This document shows, one piece after another, positions 1 to 19,032 of a stretch of 64,000 nt of DNA. Both the position numbers and the translations under genes were made by a program. The stretch is from assembly GCF_009914755.1 (NCBI RefSeq), contig NC_060926.1; one strand, 5' to 3'. Each line of letters starts with the position of its first letter. Positions within the stretch are counted from its first letter, which is position 1. Origin of the DNA: the human T2T-CHM13v2.0 reference genome, Homo sapiens. Under the pieces are notes generated by a model that was not told where the DNA came from, did not search any database, and saw only the letters and a list, made by a program, of their open reading frames with translations.

Positions 1-1296
1 TTCAAATGAAAACAACAATAAAATACTACACATCTATTAGAATGGCTAAAATCTAAAACACAACACCAAATGTTGATAAGAATATGGAGCAACCAGGGCA
101 GTTAATTGCTGCTGGGAATGAAAAATATACAACCACTTTGGAAGACAGTTTAGCAGTTCCTTACAAAGCTAAACATACTCATGCCATAAAATTCAGCATT
201 CACATTCCTAGGTATTTAAGTAAGTTGAAAATGTCCGTATAAAAACCTTATGTCCTTATAAAAGCCTGAACACAGATGTTTATAGCAGCTTTATTTATAA
301 TTGGTAAAAACTGGAAGCAACCAAGATATCTTTCAATATGTGGATGGATAAACAAACTGTGGTACATGCATATGATGGAATTTTTTTTGGTGATAAAAAG
401 AAATGAGCTGGTCAGGCGCGGTGGCTCATGCCTGTAATCCCAGCTCTTTGGGAGGTCGAGGCAGGTGGATCACCTGAGGTCAGGAGTTCAAGACCAGCCC
501 AGCAAAGATAGTGAAACCCCGTCTCTACCAAAAATACAAAAATGAGCCAGGTGTGGTGGCAGACACCTGTAATCCCAGCTACTCAGGAGGCTGAGGCAGA
601 GAACTGCTTGAACCTGAAAGGCTGAGGTTGCAGTGAGCCAAGACAGCACCAGTGCACTACAGCCTAGGTGACAGAGTAAGACTCCATCTAAAAAAAAAAA
701 AAAAAAAAGCAACAAAGACATGAAAACCATGAAAAACTTTCAGTGCATATTAGTAACAAACAGATCTCACTGCTAGGAACTTTCTCTCTGTGGAAACGAG
801 CAAGCCTAAAAGTCACTACAGGATGTCCTGGTTAAGTAAAAGAAGCCAGCCTAAGATGGCTAAAAGGACTACATACCGTATGATTTTATCTCTGTGACAA
901 TCTGGTAAAGGCAAAGTTGTGGACACAGCGAAATGTTCAGTGGTTGGTAGGGGTTTGGGGGAAGGGAGGGAGAAATGAACAGATGGAAAATAGGGGATTT
1001 GTGGAATAACAAAACTATTTTGGTATGGTACTGTAATAGTAGGTACATGGCATCATGTATCTGTCAAAACCAATAGAACTGTAAAAAACACAGAATAAAC
1101 CCTAGTGTGAACTGTAGTCTCTAGTTAATAATTATATATCAATATTTGTCCACCAATTCTAACAAATGTGCCAAAGAAGATGCTAATAATAGGGAAATTG
1201 TGGCTGGGATGAGAGAGAAAAGATAGTATATGAGAACCCTCTGTACTTTTTACTTAATTTTCCCATAAACTTAAAACTACTTTAATAAAGCCTATC

Positions 1297-1328
<32 letters not shown>
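1..1328 (+). mobile_element. Old L1 (L1MC/L1MD-like) ORF2 end and 3' UTR with A29 tail, interrupted by an Alu
   Basis: Typical L1M 3' motifs (accactttggaagacagtttagcagttccttacaaagctaaacata; tttatagcagctttatttataa; ggaagcaaccaagat), then aataaa and poly(A) at 1300-1328. Confidence 0.85.
410..708 (+). mobile_element. Alu, full length (AluS-type)
   Basis: ggtcaggcgcggtggctcatgcctgtaatcccagc start, A-rich linker, right arm, poly(A). Confidence 0.97.
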
Positions 1329-1331
<3 letters not shown>

Positions 1332-2879
1332 TTAAACACAAAAAACATCAGAGATTAGAATTTATTCACTATAATCATAAGGTCACAAAATAAATATTGC
1401 ATGTTAAATGTAAGAATTCTGTTTCTAGATGTTCATCGGGTAAAGGAAAGGTCTTTTAAAAATATGTGTTATGTCTGCATCCTGACAAGTGTGTGGCACT
1501 AGAGACCCCAAATAATTTAGCTACATGCTCTAGAAGCAGTTCTAGCTGAATGTGTCCATATTATTTCCTTGCTATTGCAAACGAGGATTTCTCCATGGGC
1601 GTTGTGAGTCTCTTCTATCCTTGTTCAAATACATAGGGATTAAAATTTTAGACTCATCCAAAATCCACTCTCTAGAACACAGGTGAACACATCAGGCTAT
1701 TCTAATTCCACTCCGTCCACTTCAATCACATCTGAACAATTTGTTTCCTGTCAAACGAGAATGTAGCTCGTATTTGGTTATTTTTATCTTCCTCCATACT
1801 GCTTCTGAAAACATCCCTTATTCCCTACCATTGTACTTACTTTTCTCACTTTTTATTGTGAAATATTATCAAACATGGGGTATTGTATTTTATTCTAGAA
1901 ACTAGAAAATAGCCAGATTTCAATTTGCTGAGCTGCAAATAACTCACTTTAAGACTTTGATCAGAGAACTCTGTCCTCCTCAGTGTGCCCAGCTATATGA
2001 TAAGGGTTGGGGGAATATTAATTCTGCAGCACTGTATGTATTCTGTGATAATTATCACTGTCATGTTTTTAAATGTAAATAGTAGCAATAATAATTATGA
2101 TAAAGAAGCAAAAAAAAGAAGAATGGCTGACATGCAATGTGTGTCTCCCACATACTATGGGACACACAAATTGTTTTGTAAACCATGCCAGGCTTATTCT
2201 GTATACTCTCAACTATCGCTCATAGCCAGTCATTAGCCCCTCTTATATGGAATGCATTACAAGGTTTTAAAATTTCTTTCAACATAGCACTTACGTATTT
2301 TGAGACTAGAGCCAAAGTGGAAACAAAGAATAAACAAGCCTTCTGTCTTCTAGGTTGTATGCTGTTCCTCATCCTTTTAGAAAAACTTCTATGAGTTTCT
2401 GATAAATAAACTTCTTAATTAGTTTCATTTTCGGGAAAAAAATTAAGTCAGAAGAAAAACCCCAGCATCTATTTTGAACAAACCAAGAAGTATTTGCATA
2501 TTTGTCAAAATAATACTCATTGATTTGAAACAACAACAAAACTGATTATTTCCTTCAGTTTTAACTATATAAATTCTTCCAGGTACAGCCATTTTGATCA
2601 TTTCAATAACAAACATCTTAAGTGCTTATACAGTAATAGGCACAGTCACCGACAGCTGCTGAAGAGGTTTCAAACCTCTTTGGGCAGATTCAAGCACTTG
2701 CTGCTTAGAGAGGAAAATGGAAATGGATTATCCATTGTGCAGAGAAGAAGGTATTATTTCATTCTCAGTGTCCCCTGGAGTCCTCAGCATATTACTCTAT
2801 AAGCACTTCATACATAATAACATGTGAGTTATACAGAGCAGTGATGTCACAAAAATAAATATAAGCTGTAAAGGATCAC

Positions 2880-3368
2880 TGTGGTTGACCAAATTATTTT
2901 CGCAATTCCTCACTCCCTTGACACAGGGTAAGAATTCACATGCTTGCTATAGTTCAATTGTGGGCAGAGTATGCTTTCTACGTCCTTAATCTTGATCTTG
3001 GCTGGGTGACTTGTTTTGGCCAATGTGATGTTGTAGTGCATATGATGAGAGCAGAGGCTTGACATTTGCTTATACTTTTGGACTTTCACTGTAGGGCTCC
3101 AGTGACCAGTTATGGGAAGAACTTTCTCCAGATAGTTGTGACTACTTTCATCTAGGACCCAAAGTGAATACAAATTAAGTTAGCATAACCCAACCCAGAG
3201 CTAGGATCTCAGAGTAGTGGAAGCCTCAACTTGTAGCAGAGGATAACAGCTCAGACTGCATTGGGAAATCCAGTTAAACTGCTAGACGCTAAGCATAAAA
3301 ATACATTTTTTTATTTTGCCACCAAGATTGTGTGTTTCTTTGTCATGCAGCAGAGGCTGACTATTACA
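2880..3368 (+). mobile_element. MaLR solo LTR (MLT1G/H-like)
   Basis: tgtggtt start, gtgacttgttttggccaatg motif, ends ctttgtcatgcagcagaggctgactattaca. Confidence 0.65.
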
Positions 3369-5340
3369 GTCCAGTATTCTAATGAAGGCAGCATATAAAA
3401 ATAACTACAAAGCTATGCATTTAGTAATACAGTTAACATAGTTACAATGTACTAGAGTAGCATGGAGAAATAAGTGATTATTTACAGAAGAACAAAGAAA
3501 AGTTTTCCAAATAGTTATCAATAGAGATGAGCTCGCCAGCAAAATGGGAGAAAAAAAGAAATTTCAGGAATTTTACAAATACACTAGCAGAGAGTACACA
3601 GAGAAATAATCTAAGAGAAAAATTAGTTATAATTTTAATGTATTACCTTCTTTATCTTCCATGCCTACCATGCATGACTGTAATGAATTTATATGTACAA
3701 GCCTGTGTCTTTACTTAGAAAAATGTTTTCATAAATACTCTTCACTCATCAATATTACTATTTTAAATATATACTTTAATTTTCGGCCTGTGAATACGGT
3801 ATCATTTGTGCAACAATTTCCTCATAGATGATTTTAATATTGTTTCCAGTCCATCTCTATTACAAATAAGACGATGATTATTACTAGCATACATCTTTTG
3901 ATTTATCTTTGGAAATGTAAATATTAAAACAATCCAATTTAAAAACAGGCAAAGGACCTGAATAGACATTTTACAAAAGAGGACACGATGGCCAATAGGG
4001 ATATGAAAAAAAACTCAACATCACTAACCATTAGGGAAATGTAAATTAAAACCACAATGAAACATCGTCTGGCTCCTGTTAGAATGGCTATCATCAAAAA
4101 GACAAAAGATAACAAATGTTGGTGAGGATGTGGAGAAAAGGGACCCCTTGCACACTGTTGATGAGAATGTAAATTGGTATAGCTATTATGGAAAACAATA
4201 TGGAGGTTCCTCAAAATATTAAAAATAGAATTACCAAATGATCCAGCAATCCAACCATTGTGTATCTATCAAAGAAAATGATATCAGTATGTGAAAGAGA
4301 TATCTTCATTCCCATGTTTGTTACAGCACTATTCACCATAGCCAAGCTATAAAATCAATCTATGTCCCCATCAATAGATAAAGAAAATGCAAATATGCAC
4401 AATGGAATACTATTCAGTCATAAAACGATATCCTATCATTTGCAGCAATATGGATGGAAATGGCGATCATTCTGTTGAGTCAAATAAAGCACAGAAAGAC
4501 AAATACTGTCTGTTTTCACTCATATCTAAAAAGGTTGATCTCATAGACATAGAGTAGAATGGTGGTTAGCAGAGTTTGGGTTGGTTGAGGGGAGAGGATA
4601 TCTTAGTCAAAGGAGACAAAATTACAGTTAGATAACAGGAATAAGTTTGAAAGACATATCATACAGCACAGCAACTACAGTTAATGAAAATACATTATAT
4701 TCTTGAAAAATGCTTTACAAAATTCTAAAAGAGTGGATTTTAAATATTCTCACTACAAAAATGATGACCATGTATGGTAGTGCATATTTTAATTAGCTAG
4801 AATTAACTATTCCACGACATATATGCAAGCACACCTCAGAGATATTGCAGGGTTAGTTCCTAAAGCAAATAAAGCGAACACCAAAATAAATCAAGTTGCA
4901 TAAATTGTTTGGTTCCCCAGTACATATGAAAGTTATTTTATACTATATTGTAGCCTGCTGAGTGTGAAATAGCATTAGGTATTAAAAAATATATGTGCTT
5001 TCACTGAAATGTACATTATTGCCAAAAACGTGCTAATGATTATCTGAGCCTTTAGCAACCTGTAATCTTTTTGCTGGTGGAGGGCCTTGTCTTGATGTTG
5101 TCGGCTGTTGGCTAATCAGGGTGGTGGTTGCGGGAAGGCTGGTGTGGCTGGGACAGTTTCTTAAAATAAGACAACAATAAAGTTTGCTCCATGAATTTGA
5201 CTCGTCTTCCATGAAAGATTTATATGTGGCATACTAGGCTGTTTGAGAACATTTTACACAAAGTAGAGCTTCTTTAAAAATCGAAGTCAATTCTCTCAAA
5301 CTCTGCCACTGCTAAACTTATGTAATATTCTAAATCCTTT

Positions 5341-5633
5341 TGTTTTTGCTTTGAGGAAAGGTTTTGTTCTGTCACCCAGGCGGAAGTGCAGTGCTGTGAG
5401 CAAAGCTCACTGCAGCCTTGAATTCCCTGGCTCAAGTGATCCTTCCACCTCACCCTCCTGAGTAGCTGGGACTACAGGCCTGTGTTACCATGCTTGACTA
5501 ATTTTTTAATTTTTTGTAGAGACCGGCCTCCCTTTGTTGCTCATGCTGGTTTCAAACTCCTGAGCTCAAGTGATCCTTCTGCCTTGGCCTCCAAAAGTGT
5601 TGGGATTACAGGAGTGAGCCACAACACCTGGCC
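5341..5633 (-). mobile_element. AluJ-type element inside Tigger1
   Basis: Antisense Alu with J-type cagccttgaattccctggctcaagtgatcc. TSD-like ttctaaatccttt / ttctatatctttt. Confidence 0.93.
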
Positions 5634-5689
5634 TTCTATATCTTTTATTGTCATTCAAACAGTGTTCACAGCATCTTCAGCAGTAGATT

Positions 5690-7264
<1,575 letters not shown>

Positions 7265-9834
7265 AACTTGGCTGTTTGGTACAAGAGGCCCACCATTTGG
7301 CCTGTCTTGGCTTTCAACATGCCTTCCTCAGTAAGCTTAATCATTTCTAGCTTTTGACTAGAAGTGGGAGACATGCAATTCTTCTTCTCACTTAAACATT
7401 TATAGGCCATTGTAGGGTTATTAATTGGCCCAAAGTTAATATTTTTCTATCTAAGCGAATAGGGATGACAAGGAGAGGGAGAGAGATGGGGGAATGGCCA
7501 GTGAGTGGAGCGGTCAGAACACACCATTTATAGATTGTTTGCTGTCTTAAATGGGAGCAGCTTTTGGTGCCCCAAAGTATTTACAATGGTAACCTGAAAG
7601 ATGATCAATCACAGATCACCATAACAGATATAATAATGGGTAAAAAGTTTGAAATATTGTAAGAATTACCAAAATGTGGCAGAGATACAACATGAGTACA
7701 TGCTGTTGAAAAAATGATGCTGCCAATGGACTACCTCAATGCAGGGCTGCTACAAACCTTTACTTTGTAAAAAATGCAATAACTGCAAAGTACAATAAAG
7801 CAAAGTGCAGTAAGACAAGATTGGCCTGTGTACTTCAAGATATCAAGTTATACACAATAAATACATTTAATTTGACCTGTCAACTTAAAATAAATAAACA
7901 AATGTGAAAATAGGAAATGTCAATATTTAAAAGGCAATATTCATAAAAATTTGTCAAAAGATTCTCTTTTAGGTGCTCTTTCTACAAAAAAAGTAACTGG
8001 AGAGTTATAGATAGGTTAAATTACTTGACTATTGTAATCATTTCAAAACATCTTAATACACAATAATAATGAAAGCAAGAAAGAAAAGAAAATGGAGATG
8101 AATTATTTTGAGGGGAAAAACAGAAAACGAAGTAAATATGGTAGAGCTGCATTTATTAAGAGTAAAATGAACTAGAATTTGTTGAGCATCTATTTTATGC
8201 TCAACATCTTGTTGACAGCATGTGATCACAAATGTACTTTTCAACAACCTTCCTGGTAGAAAATATTCACAGATATGCAGACTGGTGGCTTCAAAGGGAG
8301 ACACAGCTACTAATTGGCCACACTGGATCTAACACCCAGGCCTCTCTGACTTCCAAACACATTATCTTTCCACTATACCACACTGAAGTCTTGTGATACC
8401 AAAATTCTTATCTCATTTAATAATATTCTCAACTTTTTTCACTGTTAAATTGGATAAAGCATGTGTGATTACATATAATGTTTTCTACCTGTTCTGACAA
8501 GAATAAATTATTTATAGCATGCAAAAATTATTGGAAAAACATCTTAAAATATCTTTCATGGAGTTAATAATTAAAAGCACTGTGGCATTTAAGATTTCTC
8601 AAGAGGAACCTTGGGAGTCTGATAAAAAGCCAAAAAATCTTCTCTTTTTTCTGTCTTCAAGGTTTCTAACACTTGATAATGTAGGCTCCTCTGCATTTTA
8701 AAGAACAGAATTTTTTGTTCAACAATGAGGCAGAGCACCTTGTAAGAAATTAGTGTAATGGGGGTCATAGCCTGCATTTTTTTTCTGTCACCAACAACTT
8801 AAGTGTCAATGTTCTCTGTTCCTGTGGCTGCCTGCCTAGGTTTTGAGCACCCAGACATCTGATTCTTAATGCTTATTATTTTAATTTCCCTCTTACATTA
8901 TTCTAAATCCTTAGTGCATGTACATATGTACATTGATACACACATTTTGAGAGACGGCTTCTCTATATTGTTGAAAATAAGAAAGTAAAACTAACCTTAA
9001 AATAAGCTATGGCTTCCCATTTCTTGCAAGGTTAAGTCCAAAAACTTAGCATGGAATATATGGCTCTTCAAATATTGAAGCCTTTTTGTTTTATTTCTTA
9101 GAGCTCCTCCTTCTCCCTATTCTGCATATGATGCTTAATTGTAACTGAACTATTGCTATTTCCCCACATGTGCCACACCTGCCTCAACCTTGCTTTTGAT
9201 TAGCCTTGAAAACTCTTTTCCAAATCTCCTTGGTGTCATAAATACCTTAATGTTGTTCAAAAACCAGCATAGATCTCACCAGGGACTTCCCCACCCCTCT
9301 ATTATTCCAGGGTTAAATATTGTCATTTTGCATTATTTTAATAGCAGGTGGACAGTTTCCTAAGGAACCCAGCCAACATCAGAGAAGCTAATTTGCAGAA
9401 GGCATATGTTGCCAATGAACCAGATGTTGATTCTTATTAATTTAACAAAAATAGGTTTTAAGGAAACAACAGTCTTGAACATATACAATGAAAAGAAATA
9501 TACTTTTCTTATGTGTGTATGTTTGAAGTAAACCCTCATACATTTTTGTGTGACTAAGTCATACTAACAAAATCAAATGTCATAATTTCATGTCTTTTAT
9601 ATATTTTTATGTGATCTTAGAATGATAAATTTGATGAGATCCTTAAGTCTAGCTACCTCTTCTTTGCCAACATTATAACCATTTTACATGGGAGAAAATG
9701 CCCATGAGGTCAGGTAAATGAAGTATTTTGCCAAATGATCATACAATTGTGAAATTATACAAAAGGCTCAGAATATAAATCTTCTGAGCCCCCTGTCTAG
9801 TGTTCACTCTGGCCTATCAACTATATGAATGGGT

Positions 9835-10588
9835 ATAATATGCAAAAATATAAATTTACCCATTGTGCATTACCCAAAGTTAGCCAGACTGGAGGCTAAG
9901 GGCACGGTATATCAGATGATCGGGTCTTCCCAAGACACCAATGGCAAGCTGGAGGCTTTCCCAAAACCACTCTCAGTTTTGATAATTCAGCAGAAATTTC
10001 AGTAGACTCACAGAACTCACTGCAAGCTATAACACTCACAGTTACATTTACTTCAGGCAAAGGACACACATTAGAAAGAAAGGCATAAGGTAGAATATGG
10101 CAGGGGCCTAAAGCAGAGTTTCTGCTTGTCATCACGCTGTGGAGTCGTGGATGGCATTGCTGCCTCCCAGCCACAATGTGTTACAATATCCAGAGATTAT
10201 TTCCAGTCAGAGAAGCCCACACATGCTACAGTATTCAGAGCTTTTACTGGGCCTCTATTATGTAGGTAAGCACAATTACTTTAATTATTGCTTATGTGGT
10301 TGAATTTAGTCTTCAGCATCTCCCTTCGCCATAGGTTGGGCTGATACCTTGTGGGCTAAAGTCCCAACCTTTAATCACCTGGTTAGTCTTTCTGGTCTAG
10401 CCAGCCTCCTAGCCCTAAGATTGTTGCATGTGGTCCCGGGGTTTACTCAATGAGTCACTTTTTAAGCATAAACTATGAGGTGTGGTTAAGGGGCCCGTCA
10501 TGGGTAACAAAGACACTCTTATGACTCAGGAAAATTCAAACTTATAGAGGTTACCTCCCAGGAGTTAGAGTCCAAATTTCTTACTATA
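9835..10588 (-). mobile_element. MER21-family LTR
   Basis: cccaaaaccactctcagttttgataattc...agactcacagaactcactgcaagctataacactcacagtta; ends aaatttcttactata. Confidence 0.75.
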
Positions 10589-10607
10589 AATACACAGGAT
10601 CAGATGA

Positions 10608-11016
10608 TGTGTTAAGCTGTTCTTGTGTAGCTATAAAGAATTACCCATGACTGGGTAATTTATAAAGAAAAGAAGTTTAACTGGCTCACAGTTCTGCAGG
10701 ATTTACAGGAATCCTTGGTGCTGGCATCTGCTTGCTCTAGTGAAGCCTCAGGGAGTTTTCAATCATGGTGGAAGGCAAAGCAGGAGTAGGCACTTCACAT
10801 GGCAAAAGCAGGAGCAAGAGAAAGTGGGGTGAGAGTGGGTGCCACGCACTTTTAAAATGACCAGATCCTATGAGAACTTTCTATTACAAAGACAGTACCA
10901 AGCCATGAAGGATCCACCCCCATGATCCAAACACTTTCTCCCAGACCCCACCTCCAGCATTGGGAGTTATGATTCAACATGAGATTCGGGCAGAGACAAA
11001 TATACAAACTATATCA
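10608..11016 (-). mobile_element. MSTA-like MaLR solo LTR
   Basis: gactgggtaatttataaagaaaagaagtttaactggctcacagttctgcagg...caacatgagattcggg...tatca. 5-bp TSD gatga/gatgc. Confidence 0.9.
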
Positions 11017-12219
11017 GATGCACAATATATATGCATCAATAATAATAACGCATCATCCAAATATATAACCTTGACATGTGATTTTTAAAAGTTATATATT
11101 TCATTTATGTGTAAATGTAAACATATTCTATCATTGCAATTCTCTATAGATAGAACATGGTTACTAATGTCCTCAATATAAGATAATGGGGAGGAAAAAT
11201 TGTATTCTACTCCCTATGTTTCCTCTATTAACATGATGATAACATGATATTTTAATGGAAGCAGAAAGTCCTCCATTAAAATGACATTTCTGTGCTCTCT
11301 CAGGCACTTTTTCAGCACTCCTAGGTGAGAAAGGGTGACTTCTTGATTATTGAGTGTGATTGAAGCAGATGGACATGCCTGGCTCAGACCCTTCCAAGCT
11401 AATTCTTAGATTCTGCCTAACCCCCAAAAGTATGAAATTTCTACTTTTCTAGAGACAGGCTTCCATGAGTAAGGTGGTCACACATTCTGCTTTGCCCAGA
11501 TAAGTCAAAGTTTGTCCTTTCCTGGAGCCTCATCCAATTTAGAATGTGTACTGATTTTTTTTCTTATAAAGTTGTATTATTAACAGCTTCAGGAAAATAA
11601 GTGACTATATGTTTGACAGACCAAAACTTGTCTTTTTTCTAGCTTCTGTCGTAATCTTACCTATTAGTGTCAGAAGTAAATTCTAAGTGAACAGAGCTCT
11701 CATTTAGCACATGGATAAATCAGAGTTGACCAGTGAGCAAGCTTCTCTCTTGAGTAGCCTTTCTCAATGTCAGTACCTCTGGCCTCCCTTTAAAGTACAC
11801 CACACAGGAGTATATTCAGACATAAACAGCTACAGACAGCCAATTCCTTCTAGTCTTTGAATAACGGGAGAAGTAGTTAATGCTGCTATCCCCACAAGCT
11901 ACCTCTTGTATCAGAAAATGGGGCCACAGAACTTCTAGTAAGCTGTGAGATGTACAAATTACATCAGGATACCTTAGTGAAAATTTTAAAAACTTACAGT
12001 TTAGATGGAATAAGTGTGGAAAATAGAAACTGAGAAATCTAACCATAGATAAAGAGAAGATGGCAATCCTTTTGCTACAGAGGTAAATCACAATTATTCA
12101 TTTTGTTATATTACTTGATAATTTAATAATAAATTCTACCATTGATGAGTTTTTAAAAATGTACAGTTAATGAAAACTTTAGTACTAAAAGTCCACATTT
12201 ATAAACATTGCTGATTGTG

Positions 12220-12810
12220 CTGTGGACTAAGCTCTGGTTTTTCAGCTCTAAAATTAATTTATATACTTTGCTTTAGGATGCTGGGGCTGAGATTATATAA
12301 ACTATATTTCTTCTTTGTCACATGGCTTGCTGTCAGTTTCTGAACATAGGTGGCCTACTGAGAGACTAACAGGTAGGAGAAGAGAAAAGGGGAATTCTTT
12401 ATTCTTTGTTCTAATGTTTTTCTGTCTCAGAACCAGGTTCATCATACCCTCTAGGCTGAAACTAACACCAGGTGTCAACCCATTTTCAGAGGCCTGAGTT
12501 TCATTTCTGAGAGAACCCTCCAACAAGTTGTTTTTTTCTGGGTCCCCACATTATATGGGTACCACACCCTTTTTCCAATTCTGTGCAATCCTTTCTGTAA
12601 GACTCTAAATTCTAATAACCCCAACTTCTTCCTTCTGTTTCCCAAGAAATTAGGGATGATAGCAGTTTTTTGAAGTTACAAGCCACCTTCTGTCAGTATT
12701 CCTTTCTTTTTATTTCTGTACTCTAAAACCTGTCTAACCAACTGTCTGTGTTTATTTTCTCAGTTAAAATAACTGGTATTGATTTTTTTTATTGGAGTCT
12801 TAGTGTGTAA
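12220..12810 (+). mobile_element. LTR33-like ERVL solo LTR
   Basis: tgctggggctgagattatataaactatatttcttctttgtcacatggct...; 3' end cagttaaaataactggt. Confidence 0.6.
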
Positions 12811-13392
12811 TTTTCACAAAATGTCTATCAGTATTTATCATCTAATGTGGTAAACCCAGAAGATACGAATCACAATAGCAGTTACTGTGAGAGAGGAGCA
12901 AGCAGATAGCCAAGAGGAGAGTTGTGTATTTTCAAATTAATTTTTAATTCAATTTTTGCACATATATGAAGTGGTAACAAATAGCTGTTAAAATTTTGGC
13001 TTTATTAGCAGAAGAAAAACTTCATAAATAATGCTCATTTATAACATGTAATCAATAATATATACAATCAGATTAATTCCAATATTGTTCAGATATTTTA
13101 TACAATTCATGAAATCAAAATCTTTGGAAGCTAATTTTATTAAACATGAAACAAGCAGAAATATTGTGAGTGTTATAGAATATCTTGCTTAAAAGTCCAA
13201 TTTTTTTTTTTTTTTTTGCTTAGAGTATTTTAAATACATGTTTTGAGGTGGTGGAGATCATAGCAAAACCAATATTCCATTTTCATTAAATTAAGAATTC
13301 TGTTGGGAAACATGTATTTGAATTTGGTTTTGGGAAACATAAAATTCTCAATTGTGTCCAAGCAAGGTGTGATGTACTGCCAATTAAAATAT

Positions 13393-16690
<3,298 letters not shown>

Positions 16691-17286
16691 AGATAAGAGC
16701 TCAGTCAATGCATGAGATTTAATTTTGAACTTCTATATTTGAGGTTTTGAGTATTACAACATGGAGAAAAGATCTTAGAATGAGCTTCTAATTTTAATTG
16801 GATAAATATATATTATGCATAAGAATTAGATATAATTTAGGAAGGCCTGCAATGTTATAACATTTAAATTGAGTTATGGATTATAAATAGAATAATACAC
16901 AAGTAAAGCATATTTGATAAGGGTTTTCTTGCAAAATGTCTTAGAATGAAAACAAATACTTTATAAAACTATTATTAATAAAATGCCTATATGAATAAAA
17001 GTAGAAATGGAAGTACTCATCATTCATCAAAATTTGCCCTCATTTTTTCAGGTATCTCAGCAAGTGCAGAGATAAAATTATTTTTTTAATCGAGGTCTAC
17101 ATAAGGCAGTCAGTAGAAGATAGCACAAAATTCAGTAATCTGTCACCATAAATTAAACCTTGCTGAAGATTTCTGGTTTATTTTTAAAATCATTAAAATT
17201 AATAACATGATAAAACATGTTTTTCAGAAAATAGTGCAACAATGACTTGGTATTAGAAACAAATATAGATAAGAAATTGATTATAA

Positions 17287-17645
<359 letters not shown>

Positions 17646-18756
17646 TGATATTTTAAACTTTTTCATTTAAGGTAATACTTGTTTCTATATCTTTATCTTT
17701 CTATATGATATTTTACTTCTTAGAGTGGCTTTTAAATGGAATTATTATGCAGATCCACTAGTATAATTAAATCAATAACACGTACAGTTTTAAAATATTT
17801 TTTGATTTCTCTACATTCTTAAATGTTTTCTAGTTTGCACAATAAATTGCGTATTACTTTTCTCCTTTGAGAAAACTTCTGTTGTCCAGCTCGACCTGGG
17901 TGAGCAAGTCATTTTAAGAATGAATTACTTGAAAAGCTTACTTTTCTATTATATCTAAAGTTATATTCCAATATGCTTGACTGCACTGTATGTCTTGCAA
18001 ATAATTCTGAATTTAAGTAGAAACAAAAAGTACCATTTACTTGTTTCTTTAAATCCCCAAACAGATAATATTAGTATTAACTGAACAAATTAAAATTTAG
18101 AATGAAATTATGCTAACTTTTCGTTTGGATAGACTTATCTGCATTGGGTATCTAATGATGAGAATATTGCTTGAGGACAGAATGATGTCTGCAAGATGGT
18201 GGAATAAGAAGCTCCAGACATCATTTTTTACAGAGACACTGACCTAAAAATAATATACGATCCAAAAATCCTTTAATGAGAACTGCAAAAATTAGACAAG
18301 AATTCAAAGTATACCAGATGAGTACAAAGAAAATGGAATAGCTTAAAGAAAGGCGTTGCTTTTTACCTATGATAACCTTTCCCTAAAGCTGGCACAGCTC
18401 AGTGTAATTGGGAGAAAATGTTCAACTTGTGATTTCTTGTTTGAAAGGGAAAGAGAAAAGTGAAATGTACATCCAATATTCTCAATTTGTGAAGGGCTGC
18501 CAGAGAAATTGGTTTCTGTCTTATATGACTCAGAGTATTGATGGAGAATCAGCATACTTTGGGCTGCTTAGAACAAAGGGGAGCTTGGTAGTTTGTTTGT
18601 TACAACAACAGAGAACCTGCAATACCCCAGACAGGCACCATAGGGAGGAATCGATTATTAGCTTCTTAAAAACACAGTGGCAAATTTCTCTAACTGGGAA
18701 ATTGCACATGTGAGCCCAGAGAAGATGCATACCCAGGAAAGGTTTGAGAAATCTTC

Positions 18757-18867
18757 ACGGTCTCACATTGTTGTGCAGGCTGGTCTTGAACTCTTGGCCT
18801 AAAGTGATCCTTCCACCTTGGCCTCCAGAAGTGTTGGGATTACAGGTAGTAGCCACAATGCTTAGCC
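18757..18867 (-). mobile_element. Truncated Alu left arm (AluJ/FLAM-like) without tail
   Basis: ggtctcacattgttgtgcaggctggtcttgaactc...gggattacagg...agcc. Confidence 0.85.
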
Positions 18868-19032
18868 ACAGCACATTTTTGAAAAAATATGGGTCAAACA
18901 TAAAGTCATAATGAAAATTAGAAAATATTTTGAGACAAAGGGAAATACCAAAACATATGGGCTGCAGCAAAAACCATAGTGAGAGGAAAGTTTATAGCTG
19001 TAATGCTTACACTAAAAAAGCAGAAAGATTTC

